Shown piece by piece: positions 28,867 through 38,408 of a stretch of DNA of 64,000 nt. Origin of the DNA: Thermoproteota archaeon (lineage in GTDB: Archaea > Korarchaeota > Korarchaeia > Korarchaeales > Korarchaeaceae); NCBI GenBank assembly GCA_026986575.1, contig JALSOH010000006.1, positions 288,001-352,000 on the forward strand. The letters are read 5' to 3'. How positions within the stretch are numbered: position 1 is the first letter of the stretch; each line of letters opens with the position of its first letter. Position numbers and translations under genes: made by a program. Under the pieces are notes generated by a model, which ran no database searches, was not told the origin of the DNA, and saw nothing but the letters and a program-made list of their open reading frames with translations.

Positions 28867-31203
28867 GATCCTCCTAACGCCCCAGTAGACGAGGGCGAGG
28901 GAGAGAAGAGTCAGCGCGATGAAGGGATCAGAGCAGGGGTCCGCCGGTCCCATCGGATCGCACTTGAAAAGGGGCCCACTTATCAGCTTGGGAGTGACCC
29001 AAGACAGAACCGGGATGGAGGCAGCCAGCTCCATCAGGGCCAGGCCGGGCCCCCCGCCCATCATCGACACCATAAAGAGGGGTATTAGGGACCAATAGGG
29101 CCTTCCACCGGCAATTAAAAGGAAGACCCCGGCGGAAATGACCGAAACCTCTCTCTCGTTTCTCCAGATGAAGATGGGTATAAAGGCAGCAATGAGGCCT
29201 GCTAAAAGGGAGTATTCACCGAGTATGGGTCTCAACAACCCTCCAGTCACGTCAGAGGGCCAGTGGATCGATCCCGGGATGAGCATGGGCGGGATCAGTC
29301 CAGCTAGTACCCCTAGCGAGTAGATACGACCGTTCATCGAGATGACCAACGGGGCCGCGGTCAGGGTAAGCGGATTCACGGCACCCGAGATCCCTAACAG
29401 GACCGACGAGGGCAAGCGTCTTCCTCTTCTGGCCAGCATCATCGAATCCATAGCAAGAGCTACTGCCAGAATCGTCCAGTCGGATGAGGAGAGGAGCAGC
29501 ACGGCTAGGAGAGGTGCGTAAGTGAGGCCTCCACTCCCCTCGTAGAGGTCTAGGAGGATTATCAGGGAGGAGAGCATGACGATCATCCCGTAGGCCGCTC
29601 CCCTGATCCAGAGCTCGGATGAAGACTCGGTGAGGAAATGAGTGAGCACGTTAGAGAGGCCGATATCGTCCAGTCCGAGGAGCGCAGCTGGGCTGGTGGG
29701 CATGAAGGCCATGTAGTAGAGGACGAGGGAGGAGAACGCTGCCGTGAGGATTCCAAGGGAGAGGGAGAGACTCCTCGTATCCATGGCTAGGAGCGGTCTT
29801 AGGAAGGACAGTTCCTCAGGTAACTTCAGTCCTTCACCGAGCAGCGCTCTCGAGATATTCCTCCATTCCTCGCTGAGGTATCTGTTAACCTCACCTTCCC
29901 AGAGGGACAGGTAGGCCATGACCACTGAGAACGAGACAGCTACGGTTGAGGACAGCTGTACCGCGTAGAAGCTGTAGAGGGTCCTGTTTCCTTTCAAGAA
30001 GATGGCAGTATACCCCATTACGATGGAGCCGACGAACAGGATGGGTATATACTCCCTCCTCCTCTCTAGGAGGGCCGGAAGCAGGATGAAGGAGAACGCG
30101 AACACGAACGCGTAGGACACTAGGTTCACTCTGGCTATGAGATCGGGATTGTAATGAAGGGCCATCGGCGCTAGGTTGAAGAACCACGCCCATGGGGGGG
30201 AAGGGGTTGGGCCGCTTCCCCTGCTCGTTGTGTGCCATGCCACGGCGTTCAGGTTTTCAGTGATCCACCTCTCCACCCCTAGGTAGGAGATTACTGGGAG
30301 GGAAATTAGGATGTACGTTAAGGCGGGCGCTAGAACCTTAACTGAGGAAGGAAGGACCCTCTCCCTCCTGTATATCCTGAGATAGAGGTAGACGGCTAAT
30401 ACTACGAACAGTCCGCTGAATTTTACGGAGAACGCGAGCCAGCCAGCGATGGAGGCCGCCAGCGGCCTATCGTACACCACGAACAGGAGGGCTAGGGTTG
30501 TGAAGAAGGCTAGGTGTATGTCGAGCATGGCCACCATGCTCATGGAGACGAACATGGGATCGAGCACCAGGGAGAGGGATGCCACGACCCCCCACAGGGG
30601 ATTGAGTAACCTGCTTCCTATCAAGTAAACTAGGATAACCATGATGAAGCCTTCAATTAAACCTGGTAGCCTCCAACTCATCGGCTCATCGCCGAACAGG
30701 ATCATCGAGGCCATTATCAGGTACTTTCCCAATGGGGGATGCTCTAAGTTCAGGTAGTCATAGATGCCCTTCTTCGAAGGATACTCGAAGCCCGGTCTCA
30801 CCTTTATGGCTCCCCCACATCCCTCAAGCTTTGATAGGTTGGATTCTGGCACTCTCACCCAGAGAAGAGGTACTTTGTCCCCCGTCTCCGTGTAGTTGGC
30901 CCTCACCACACTCCCGTCCAGCTCGGAGAGGCACCTCTCCACATCGCTCATATGCTCCTCCAAGAACTCGCTGGATGTGAAGACGAGGGTCGCGTAAGCG
31001 TAACCCTCCCTCACGTACTTTGCGTTAACGCCGAATACCTCTTTAAGTAGGTTTCTTGCCGAGGTGGCGTACCACACCTCATCGCTTACGTAGTAATCAT
31101 CTCCCCTGTACTTACCTGACGATATCTCCCAGTAAGCGTAGCTTACGTAGGCCGTAGCCATGAGGAGGGTCAGCAGCAGACCTATCAGGAATGATCTCCT
31201 CAT
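28573..31203 (-). CDS. GT-C (GT39/PMT-like) lipid-phosphate-mannose protein glycosyltransferase
   Basis: Motifs SDEVWY, EHPPLGKY, WRLP, AMLD, SVKFSG; many TM segments. Confidence 0.85.
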   Translation of the reverse strand: MRRSFLIGLLLTLLMATAYVSYAYWEISSGKYRGDDYYVSDEVWYATSARNLLKEVFGVNAKYVREGYAYATLVFTSSEFLEEHMSDVERCLSELDGSVVRANYTETGDKVPLLWVRVPESNLSKLEGCGGAIKVRPGFEYPSKKGIYDYLNLEHPPLGKYLIMASMILFGDEPMSWRLPGLIEGFIMVILVYLIGSRLLNPLWGVVASLSLVLDPMFVSMSMVAMLDIHLAFFTTLALLFVVYDRPLAASIAGWLAFSVKFSGLFVVLAVYLYLRIYRRERVLPSSVKVLAPALTYILISLPVISYLGVERWITENLNAVAWHTTSRGSGPTPSPPWAWFFNLAPMALHYNPDLIARVNLVSYAFVFAFSFILLPALLERRREYIPILFVGSIVMGYTAIFLKGNRTLYSFYAVQLSSTVAVSFSVVMAYLSLWEGEVNRYLSEEWRNISRALLGEGLKLPEELSFLRPLLAMDTRSLSLSLGILTAAFSSLVLYYMAFMPTSPAALLGLDDIGLSNVLTHFLTESSSELWIRGAAYGMIVMLSSLIILLDLYEGSGGLTYAPLLAVLLLSSSDWTILAVALAMDSMMLARRGRRLPSSVLLGISGAVNPLTLTAAPLVISMNGRIYSLGVLAGLIPPMLIPGSIHWPSDVTGGLLRPILGEYSLLAGLIAAFIPIFIWRNEREVSVISAGVFLLIAGGRPYWSLIPLFMVSMMGGGPGLALMELAASIPVLSWVTPKLISGPLFKCDPMGPADPCSDPFIALTLLSLALVYWGVRRILLRRGNHGYTGEGLDSPSEVTEGDGEHPHSPIFGLSEGFSELGIGPSVWDEKFSVRPHHEEENGRAMSLIDSSDQVQHVPPPSLGGGIREQGHAVPD

Positions 31204-31204
31204 C

Positions 31205-32251
31205 TCACCACCACACCATGCTCTTGCTGAGGACATAGTTCACGAGGAACCCGACCAAGATGCCCACGAACTGGGAAGCCAAGGACTCTATCCCAAGGAA
31301 CCTGTGGAGGGATACCGAGACGCCGTACTGGGTGAATATGCCGGCCAGGTTGGCGGCATGATACCTCAGAACGCTCTGAATTAACCCGCTCCTTCTCCTC
31401 CTCCTAAATGTCCAGACATCGTTGAGCAGGAAGTTGCTCAGAAGAGATACCTCTATGGCGACGGCAGATGCGACCTCGTGTATCAGCCTGAGACCGTACC
31501 TCAGGATCCAGAGGACCGTCAAGTTTACTACCGTGCCAACGGCCCCCACTATTGCGAATCTGACTATGGGGGGGCTGAGCTCCATTACGTGCAACAAGTA
31601 GCTCAGTATTACGCCGCCTCCCAGCTTCGAAGAACCCCTCCCCCTCAAGCCAAAGGTATAGGGGACTTCACACACCTTGGAGTAGTTTCCCTTCACCAGC
31701 ACCTCTAGGAGGATCTTGAAGCCCTTAGGGTCCAGCTCCCCAAAGATCTCCTCTACAACAGATCTCCTGAACATGAAGTAACCGGAAGAAGGATCTCTTA
31801 TACCTCTGACCTTGGGAAGGAAGATCCAGGCGAGCAGTATTGATCCCTTAGAGATCATCCTCCTTATCAGCCCCCACCCAGTCACGGACCCTCCTTCCAC
31901 GTACCTAGAGGCTATTACTATGTCACAACCCTCCATCACCTTCCTGTACAGTTCGGGAAGCAGTTCAGGCGGGTGTTGGAGATCGGCATCCATCACCGCC
32001 ACTACCTCCCCCTCGGCCAGCTCCAGTCCCTCGACCACGGCCGAGGAGAGCCCCATCTTCCCAGGCCTCACCTTGACCTTGATGGGATACTTGGAGGAGA
32101 GCTCTCTTGCTAGGTCGGCCGTCCCGTCTGGGGAGTTATCGTCAACTATCACTATCTCATAATCCACACCGGCCAGTGCCCCATCTATTCGACTCACCAG
32201 CTCCTCTAAGTTATCCCTCTCATTGTAGGTGGGGATGATTATGCTGATCAA
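31205..32251 (-). CDS. Dolichol-phosphate mannosyltransferase (GT2) fused to GtrA
   Basis: Motifs IIPTYNE, VDDNSPDGT, MDADLQHPP, GFKILLE; C-terminal GtrA (RFAIVGAVGT). Confidence 0.9.
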   Translation of the reverse strand: MISIIIPTYNERDNLEELVSRIDGALAGVDYEIVIVDDNSPDGTADLARELSSKYPIKVKVRPGKMGLSSAVVEGLELAEGEVVAVMDADLQHPPELLPELYRKVMEGCDIVIASRYVEGGSVTGWGLIRRMISKGSILLAWIFLPKVRGIRDPSSGYFMFRRSVVEEIFGELDPKGFKILLEVLVKGNYSKVCEVPYTFGLRGRGSSKLGGGVILSYLLHVMELSPPIVRFAIVGAVGTVVNLTVLWILRYGLRLIHEVASAVAIEVSLLSNFLLNDVWTFRRRRRSGLIQSVLRYHAANLAGIFTQYGVSVSLHRFLGIESLASQFVGILVGFLVNYVLSKSMVWW

Positions 32252-32301
32252 GGCTGGTGCCTCCTTTGGGGTCAGGAAGGCCTGCGTAAAAAATTTCCTC
32301 G

Positions 32302-33339
32302 TCAGAGAAGGTTCCAGTACTTGGATAATACGCTCTTAGCATCGTCTACGGCCAGTCTGGCTCTTCGAATAATGTAGTCGTCCTCATTCGGAGCCCTGCC
32401 TTCGATCTCCTCTGGGTCGAAGTCTATATCTAGGGATGCAAATCCTCTAACTATAGCCAGCCACCCCCAGTTCCTCACATCCTCGTTGTAACCGCTTATG
32501 AGAAGTTCCACCCTGTGATCAGCCGGAAGTGAGGACGCCCACCTCCCCAACCTCCAGAGCCCCCTCAAATCCAGTCCCAACTGTGTGAGGGGGTCCAGAA
32601 AGTGTGGATCGCTTCCCCCATGGGCTATGAGTAGCTTGGGCGCGAAAGACTCAACGATGGGCTTCACCAGCTCCTCGAAAGCCATCTCATAGGAGGAGGG
32701 TCCCGCCCCAGGAGGTAGGGGGATGTTGACCGTATATCCCTCTCCCCTTCCCCTCCCCACCTGTCTCGCGAACCCCACGCCCGGATATATTGTGGTCGGG
32801 TCTTGGTGAATGCTCACGTAAAGGACCGTGTCGTCCTCGTAGAATATGTCCATGGTGCCGTTCCCGTGATGGGCATCGTGGTCGAATATCGCCACGGACT
32901 CAACACCGTTCCTCCGGGCCCATTTGGCCGCAATAGCGATGTCATTCAGCAAGCAGAAGCCCCCACCATATCTGGCGCTGGCATGATGGGCACCGCCGAA
33001 TCCCGCAGCTCTTCTCTCCCTCAAAGCTAGCCTGACAGTGGACATGGAGGAGTGGACCATGCTGAGCGCAGCCTCCCACATCCCCTTGAATGCTGGCGTA
33101 TCTAGGGAGACCATACCATGCCCGGTCTGACTCCTGACCCTGAGGAAGTTCAGGTACTCGTCGTCGTGAACTGCCCTCAGGTCCTCGATGGTCGGTGGTT
33201 CGCCGATGTACCCCACCAGCTCGAAGGGCTCTCCTCTCTCTTGGAGGAACCTGATGAAGATGGGGAACCTGTCTCCTCTGAATGGATGACCCGGACCGAA
33301 GTCGTATGAGGATATGGAATCGTCGTAGACGAACTTCAT
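32302..33339 (-). CDS. Histone deacetylase/AcuC family protein
   Basis: Motifs GHPF, GGAHHA, GFCLLND, DHDAHHGNGT, DPL. Confidence 0.9.
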   Translation of the reverse strand: MKFVYDDSISSYDFGPGHPFRGDRFPIFIRFLQERGEPFELVGYIGEPPTIEDLRAVHDDEYLNFLRVRSQTGHGMVSLDTPAFKGMWEAALSMVHSSMSTVRLALRERRAAGFGGAHHASARYGGGFCLLNDIAIAAKWARRNGVESVAIFDHDAHHGNGTMDIFYEDDTVLYVSIHQDPTTIYPGVGFARQVGRGRGEGYTVNIPLPPGAGPSSYEMAFEELVKPIVESFAPKLLIAHGGSDPHFLDPLTQLGLDLRGLWRLGRWASSLPADHRVELLISGYNEDVRNWGWLAIVRGFASLDIDFDPEEIEGRAPNEDDYIIRRARLAVDDAKSVLSKYWNLL

Positions 33340-33442
33340 CTGGGAATGGACTTGGGTGAATCCCTTAACCTTAACTTACCTACCTATACTCCCTGTCCCA
33401 GTGCGGCGCGGAAGATATAAAGCGTCGCTACACTTACTCTGG

Positions 33443-34234
33443 ATGAAGGTAGCCAGCTGGAGGGAAATAGCTAAAGCGATGGACAGGGTAAATGTGGTGC
33501 TGGAGGTCGTCGACTCTAGGGATCCTTGGACGACCAGAAGCCGGAAACTCGAGGAGATGGCTAAGAAAAGGGGAAAGAATATCATCGTAGCGATAAACAA
33601 GTCAGACTTGGTTCCTAGGGAGATACTAGAACAGTGGGTGAGGATATTCGATGAGGAGGACTTGAAAGCAGCCTATGTTAGCGCGAGAGAGAGACTGGGC
33701 ACCATGAGGTTGAGGAGGTTCATCAAGAGGGAAGCCCCCGAGCTGCCAGCAAAGGTGCTCATAGCAGGCTTCCCGAAGGTGGGAAAGAGCTCAATAATAA
33801 ATGTCCTTAAGGGGAGGAGCTCCGCCTCAACCAGTCCTGTGCCTGGCAATCCCGGGTACACGCGCCACTTTCAGCTCTACAGGATAGACAGGAACCTGTA
33901 TATACTGGACTCCCCAGGTATCCTCCCAGTGGAGGGCGGTCCGCTTGAAATGGCCATAAGGGGGTATCCTCCCGAGGAACTGAAGAATCCCGTGGAAGTC
34001 GCCGTGTCCCTCTTGGAGAGAGCCCTCAGATCTAATCCCGGGATTGTGAAGAGGACCTATGGTATCGAGGAGACGGATCCCATCGAGATACTGGAGCAGT
34101 TAGCAGAGAAGAGAGGCTGGAGGTTCAAAGATGGGGAACCAAACGTGGAGGAGGCAGCTAGGCAAGTGATCAGGGATTATCATAGGTATAAGCTCATCTT
34201 CTACGTCACTCCCAAGGATCTAGGGCTCATCTAA
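33443..34234 (+). CDS. Circularly permuted GTPase (RbgA/YlqF family)
   Basis: Permuted motif order NKSD, VSA, GFPKVGKSS, PGYT, DSPG. Confidence 0.9.
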   Translation: MKVASWREIAKAMDRVNVVLEVVDSRDPWTTRSRKLEEMAKKRGKNIIVAINKSDLVPREILEQWVRIFDEEDLKAAYVSARERLGTMRLRRFIKREAPELPAKVLIAGFPKVGKSSIINVLKGRSSASTSPVPGNPGYTRHFQLYRIDRNLYILDSPGILPVEGGPLEMAIRGYPPEELKNPVEVAVSLLERALRSNPGIVKRTYGIEETDPIEILEQLAEKRGWRFKDGEPNVEEAARQVIRDYHRYKLIFYVTPKDLGLI

Positions 34235-34661
34235 GCCTGTAAAGGGGGTTCCATATCAGGTAGACCCTCCCCCATTCGATCTTTCCCAAGATCTCTAGAG
34301 CCTCTTTGAGGTCCTCACCTAGCAGGTAGAGGTGGGTCTCATCAGCCTTCCTGTCCGAGCAGCCGAATCCCCTAACGACTGGGACACCCACCTCCCCGAG
34401 GATTCTAGATAAGGACCCTTCCTTAGCGTCGGGCAATGCCAAGGCGCATGGAACGTCCATGACCTCTGTCAAGTAGTCCACATGCCACTTAAGGATCTTC
34501 CCTTTCCTGAAGTGCCTCCCTATCCTAGCTCCTAGGCCACCAGGTCCCGCTGCTGAGCCGACGTACGCGAGAACGCCAGCTGGAAACTCGAAGGCCCCCA
34601 ACCTTCCCACTTCAAGGATGGCGCCGGGAGAGATTATCAGGAGGATGTAAGCTCCCTTAAC
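34227..34661 (-). CDS. GIY-YIG nuclease family protein (DUF123)
   Basis: Motifs KGAYILLI, YVGSA, RIGRH, WHVDYL, GFGCSD. The conserved N-terminus lies upstream of the first canonical start (GTG 34610). Confidence 0.8.
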   Translation of the reverse strand, partial: VKGAYILLIISPGAILEVGRLGAFEFPAGVLAYVGSAAGPGGLGARIGRHFRKGKILKWHVDYLTEVMDVPCALALPDAKEGSLSRILGEVGVPVVRGFGCSDRKADETHLYLLGEDLKEALEILGKIEWGRVYLIWNPLYRLR

Positions 34662-34666
34662 TCCCC

Positions 34667-35443
34667 TTAGCGGATCAGGTCCATCAAGCTCCTCAAAACG
34701 TACTTGGGTCGAGGTACCACCCCCTCGTACTCCTTCACCACCCCGGTGAGGACCAAAGCTGAATCCATTCCCGCCCTCAAGGCCCCTAGAATGTCTGTCT
34801 CCGGTCTGTCTCCGATCACTAGGGGATGGGACGCCCCTACGCTTCGGGAGGCGAGGAGGAACATGAGGGGATTCGGTTTACCCACTACAACATCCGGTTT
34901 CCTGCCACAAGCCCCGGAGATTGCTGAAACCATGGAGCCAGCTCCAGGAATCGGTCCATCTGATGTGGGAAGGGTGCGATCGTCGTTAGTAGCTAGGAAG
35001 AGCCTCCCTCTCAATATGTTCCTCAAGGCCCTCGTTAGCTTCTGGTAATTGAAGGACCTGTCCATTCCCACGCACACGTCACCATCATCCGAGATGTCCA
35101 CGCCCCTCTCCCTTAACTCCCCCTTTAAGCCCTCCTCCCCGACCACGTAACACCTCCCCACCCCTATCGAGGGGATTATGTCGGCAAGCGTGCTAGCGCT
35201 AGTTACCACGTGCCCTTCTCCAACCCATCCTAAGCCTGCATCCCTCAGAAGGGAGGCTATCACGCGTCTGTGACGGGTGGAGTTGTTGGTTACGAACCTG
35301 ATTTCAATCGTAGAGGAGAGCTCGTTGAGGGCCTCCACGGCGCCTCTTATTGGCTTTCCATCAAGCCAGACGACGCCGTCTATATCCACGAGCAGCAGAT
35401 CATATCTACCAACGTCCGGTCTTTGTCCTGACATCGAGAACAC
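34667..35443 (-). CDS. HAD-IIA hydrolase (NagD-like)
   Basis: Motifs DIDGV, VTNNS, GKP, GDRPETDI. Confidence 0.9.
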   Translation of the reverse strand: MFSMSGQRPDVGRYDLLLVDIDGVVWLDGKPIRGAVEALNELSSTIEIRFVTNNSTRHRRVIASLLRDAGLGWVGEGHVVTSASTLADIIPSIGVGRCYVVGEEGLKGELRERGVDISDDGDVCVGMDRSFNYQKLTRALRNILRGRLFLATNDDRTLPTSDGPIPGAGSMVSAISGACGRKPDVVVGKPNPLMFLLASRSVGASHPLVIGDRPETDILGALRAGMDSALVLTGVVKEYEGVVPRPKYVLRSLMDLIR

Positions 35444-35972
35444 CCAGCTTCTCTAGGCACTTGTCACAGGGTCTCCAGTCCTTTCTGTCAACGTCCCATA
35501 CAGAGAGGCTGAAGTTCATGACGCAGCCCGGAGTGGGACAGTGGTCCAAGCCTAGGAGATGACCTAGCTCATGGGAGGCCTCCTTAAGAGTTCTCAGGAG
35601 GAAAAGGGCCCTGTTCTCCCTCTCACCGTAAAACTCCGGCTTGAGTCTGGGGAGGTAGATGGACCCGAACCTTCCCCCAAGCTCAGCCTGACCAAAGATG
35701 AAGTTGGTCCCTTTGGCGTACGCATCTTCATCCACTACAGCAAGTACTTTCTCATCCGATGCCCATCTGTCTATCTGCCACAGGTACTCTAGGAACTTCT
35801 CGCTCCTCAGCTGCTGGGTGTTGTGGTCGTACAACGTCGGGGGAATTTTAATCTCGGTGTAATCGATTTCCACATCAATTGGATAGGCCTGAGGCAGCTT
35901 CTCGGCGAGGAATTCCAGTATCCAATGGTATATGAAGCCAGCTGGAACAACCACGAGCTTCCCTAGCAGCAT
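35406..35972 (-). CDS. amzA: Archaemetzincin zinc metalloprotease
   Basis: HELGHLLGLDHCPTPGCVM..S..D..CDKC; NFIFG. Confidence 0.9.
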   Translation of the reverse strand: MLLGKLVVVPAGFIYHWILEFLAEKLPQAYPIDVEIDYTEIKIPPTLYDHNTQQLRSEKFLEYLWQIDRWASDEKVLAVVDEDAYAKGTNFIFGQAELGGRFGSIYLPRLKPEFYGERENRALFLLRTLKEASHELGHLLGLDHCPTPGCVMNFSLSVWDVDRKDWRPCDKCLEKLGVLDVRTKTGRW

Positions 35973-36008
35973 GCTTTACCTCCGCTACAGTGCCGCCAGA
36001 CTATATAA

Positions 36009-36302
36009 CTAGAGCATCTCCTGAACCACCTTCAGGAAGTAAGGATCGCTCTCGTGAACGACCCTCCTAACCTTTATCCTCCTCCCCTTCAAGGTTACCT
36101 CGTAATCGACCATGGCGTAAATTCCCCGAGGTGTGATCCAGCTTCCCTTGTGATACGACATGGGGGCCTTGATCTCCACGTGGTAGCCCTCCTCTGAATA
36201 GAACTGCTCTGGCCACCTCTGCTCGTCCCTTAGATGAACCAGTCTCAACCCGGGTTCCCACCTAACGTCGTTAACTCTTTTTACCTCTCTGACCTTGAAC
36301 AT
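36009..36302 (-). CDS. Hypothetical protein
   Basis: 97 aa ORF within a same-strand gene run. Confidence 0.6.
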   Translation of the reverse strand: MFKVREVKRVNDVRWEPGLRLVHLRDEQRWPEQFYSEEGYHVEIKAPMSYHKGSWITPRGIYAMVDYEVTLKGRRIKVRRVVHESDPYFLKVVQEML

Positions 36303-36376
36303 CCACCCGACCCGGGTGGTCGTTCACCTAAACTCTTAAAATGGGGTGCTGATGCCTGTTATTTCTCCTTATTACC

Positions 36377-37033
36377 TCAGTAATAGAGGTCATAGCTGAT
36401 GGTGTAGGCGGGCCTGAACCTCCTGCCCAGACCCCATATCAATCCCACGACGAAGCCGCCAGCATGGGCCAGCACATCCACATTGGCTGAGAAACCACCG
36501 AAGATCACGAAGAGCGCTATGAATATGGTGGAGGAACTAAGCTTCCCAGTCACCCTATATTCCATGGCCACCATGTATCCTAAGAGGCCCATTATAGCTC
36601 CCGAGGCTCCCACTCCCACCGTGCGGGGATCGAGGAAGGCTGATAGGAGGTTCCCAACCACGCCCGAGATGAAGTACATGAGGAGGTACTTGACCTTACC
36701 TAAGGATAGCTCAACCACTTTACCTAGTATGTAAAGGGCGTACATGTTCAGCCCTAGATGGAGGATGTTGGCGTGGAGGAACATCGACGTGATGAGTGTG
36801 TAGTACCTACCGTGCATCAAGTAGAGGCCCGAACTGCCGAAGTAGAGGAGCACATATCTGTTCGCCTCGAGGAGTTCGGGAGATGTCATGGCGTAGAGCC
36901 CGAGATTGATCGAGATCAGGGCCGAGGTCACCTCAGGAATGCTGGAATACATTTTAAAGAGGATGAACGAGAAGAGGGTGACGCCAATGCCCAGAAGGAT
37001 CTCAGTCAGGAGTTCCATCATCTTTTCGATCAC
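36377..37033 (-). CDS. Rhomboid intramembrane serine protease
   Basis: Motifs FLHANILHLGLN, GASG, AHAGG. Confidence 0.92.
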   Translation of the reverse strand: MIEKMMELLTEILLGIGVTLFSFILFKMYSSIPEVTSALISINLGLYAMTSPELLEANRYVLLYFGSSGLYLMHGRYYTLITSMFLHANILHLGLNMYALYILGKVVELSLGKVKYLLMYFISGVVGNLLSAFLDPRTVGVGASGAIMGLLGYMVAMEYRVTGKLSSSTIFIALFVIFGGFSANVDVLAHAGGFVVGLIWGLGRRFRPAYTISYDLYY

Positions 37034-38148
37034 CGTAGCATGTACTTCAGTGCCTCGGCGAGGGCCGACGCAGCTGATCCTATATTCAGGGAAGCTAATT
37101 TAAGAATTTTAGGTAAACGACTGATTTTGAGTGGTGCTGACTGCCTGTCCACGTGAAAGTCCTTTTCCACGAGGCCCTCCTCACGAACTAGGGTGAAGAG
37201 CGTGTCAATCTGTCGGTCATTCAGGTATTCCAGATACTTCCTCACGGCCCATCCCAAGGAGATCTCACGCCTATTGTGCTCCCACCACCTCGACTCGTAG
37301 CACCTCAGTGCCCTCTTCAAGTCGTCCAAGTCCTCGAGACAGCTGGCCAGATTCTTGGCTCCCCTAACAGCTAAGAGGACTCCCCCCCTACTAACAGGCT
37401 TTATTTGGCCGGCTGCATCTCCCACCAGCGCCACATTATCTACCCAGAATCTCTTTCTCGGACCTACCGGGATCACCCCTCCCTCGTACCCGATCGCCGG
37501 ATCTCCCGAAGTCTCTTGGATCCATGTGAGCAGAGGGTCCTCGACCCTTCCCAGTGCCCCCACTTTCCTCCCTCCCTTCCAAGGCTGGATCCAGCTGAAT
37601 CTGCTACCCTTCCTCACTTTCACATGGTAACCATCCATCTCCCCACCCTCCACTATCTTGTGAACCCCTACCTCAAACCCCATGGGTGGAAAGCCGAGCT
37701 CATCGGCAACAGAGGAGAGGGCCCCATCCGCCCCCACCAGCAGGTTGTACTCGATGACCATATCGCCTACAAGAGCCTCGTTCCTCGATCTTAGTCCCTT
37801 GAATCCTGCCGAGAGGAAACCCCTAGCTCCCTCTGAGAGCGCCGCCTCCCAAGTCTCCCTGTCCATCCGGGCTCTGTCGACGACCGTGGCTAGGTGCCTC
37901 CGCACCTCTATTTCATTACCTCCGGGGGATACGAAGGTCGCCCAGTTTACTTCCCCGATGACCCATTCCTCGGAGAATAGTATGAGCTCGCTTACGGCGT
38001 CTGGACCCAGTATACCTGAGCAGTGGTGCGGATGCCCTATAACTCTTCTTCTCTCAACCACGACAACGGAGAAGCCCTTTTTCGACAGTAGATATGCGAG
38101 TGTAGAGCCAGAGATGCCTCCTCCAACTATGAGCACCTCGGTACGCAT
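37030..38148 (-). CDS. Geranylgeranyl reductase-family FAD oxidoreductase
   Basis: Motifs GGGISG, CSG, GADG, GDAAGQIKP..GG. Confidence 0.85.
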   Translation of the reverse strand: MRTEVLIVGGGISGSTLAYLLSKKGFSVVVVERRRVIGHPHHCSGILGPDAVSELILFSEEWVIGEVNWATFVSPGGNEIEVRRHLATVVDRARMDRETWEAALSEGARGFLSAGFKGLRSRNEALVGDMVIEYNLLVGADGALSSVADELGFPPMGFEVGVHKIVEGGEMDGYHVKVRKGSRFSWIQPWKGGRKVGALGRVEDPLLTWIQETSGDPAIGYEGGVIPVGPRKRFWVDNVALVGDAAGQIKPVSRGGVLLAVRGAKNLASCLEDLDDLKRALRCYESRWWEHNRREISLGWAVRKYLEYLNDRQIDTLFTLVREEGLVEKDFHVDRQSAPLKISRLPKILKLASLNIGSAASALAEALKYMLR

Positions 38149-38408
38149 CAGGAGACCTCTGGAAGCTCTATCCTCCCCTCAGAGATCAGTTTTCCCTCGA
38201 CTATGACGGCCGGGACCTTTCTTATACCTAGTTCCAGTATGTAACTCTGCCCCTCCGGCTCCAAGGCAGAGACCTCTCTGATCTTCAGGCCCCTGCGACG
38301 GGCCCACTCCTTCAGTTGGCGGGCAGCATCCAAGGAGGATTCACATATAGGTGACACCAGAACAATTATTTCCCTTTCTTCCTTTGCTCTATCAACTTCT
38401 TCCTCCAA
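38148..38408 (-). CDS. Thioredoxin/glutaredoxin-like small protein (CxxS)
   Basis: SPICESS; GIRKVPAVIVEG. Confidence 0.7.
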   Translation of the reverse strand: MEEEVDRAKEEREIIVLVSPICESSLDAARQLKEWARRRGLKIREVSALEPEGQSYILELGIRKVPAVIVEGKLISEGRIELPEVS

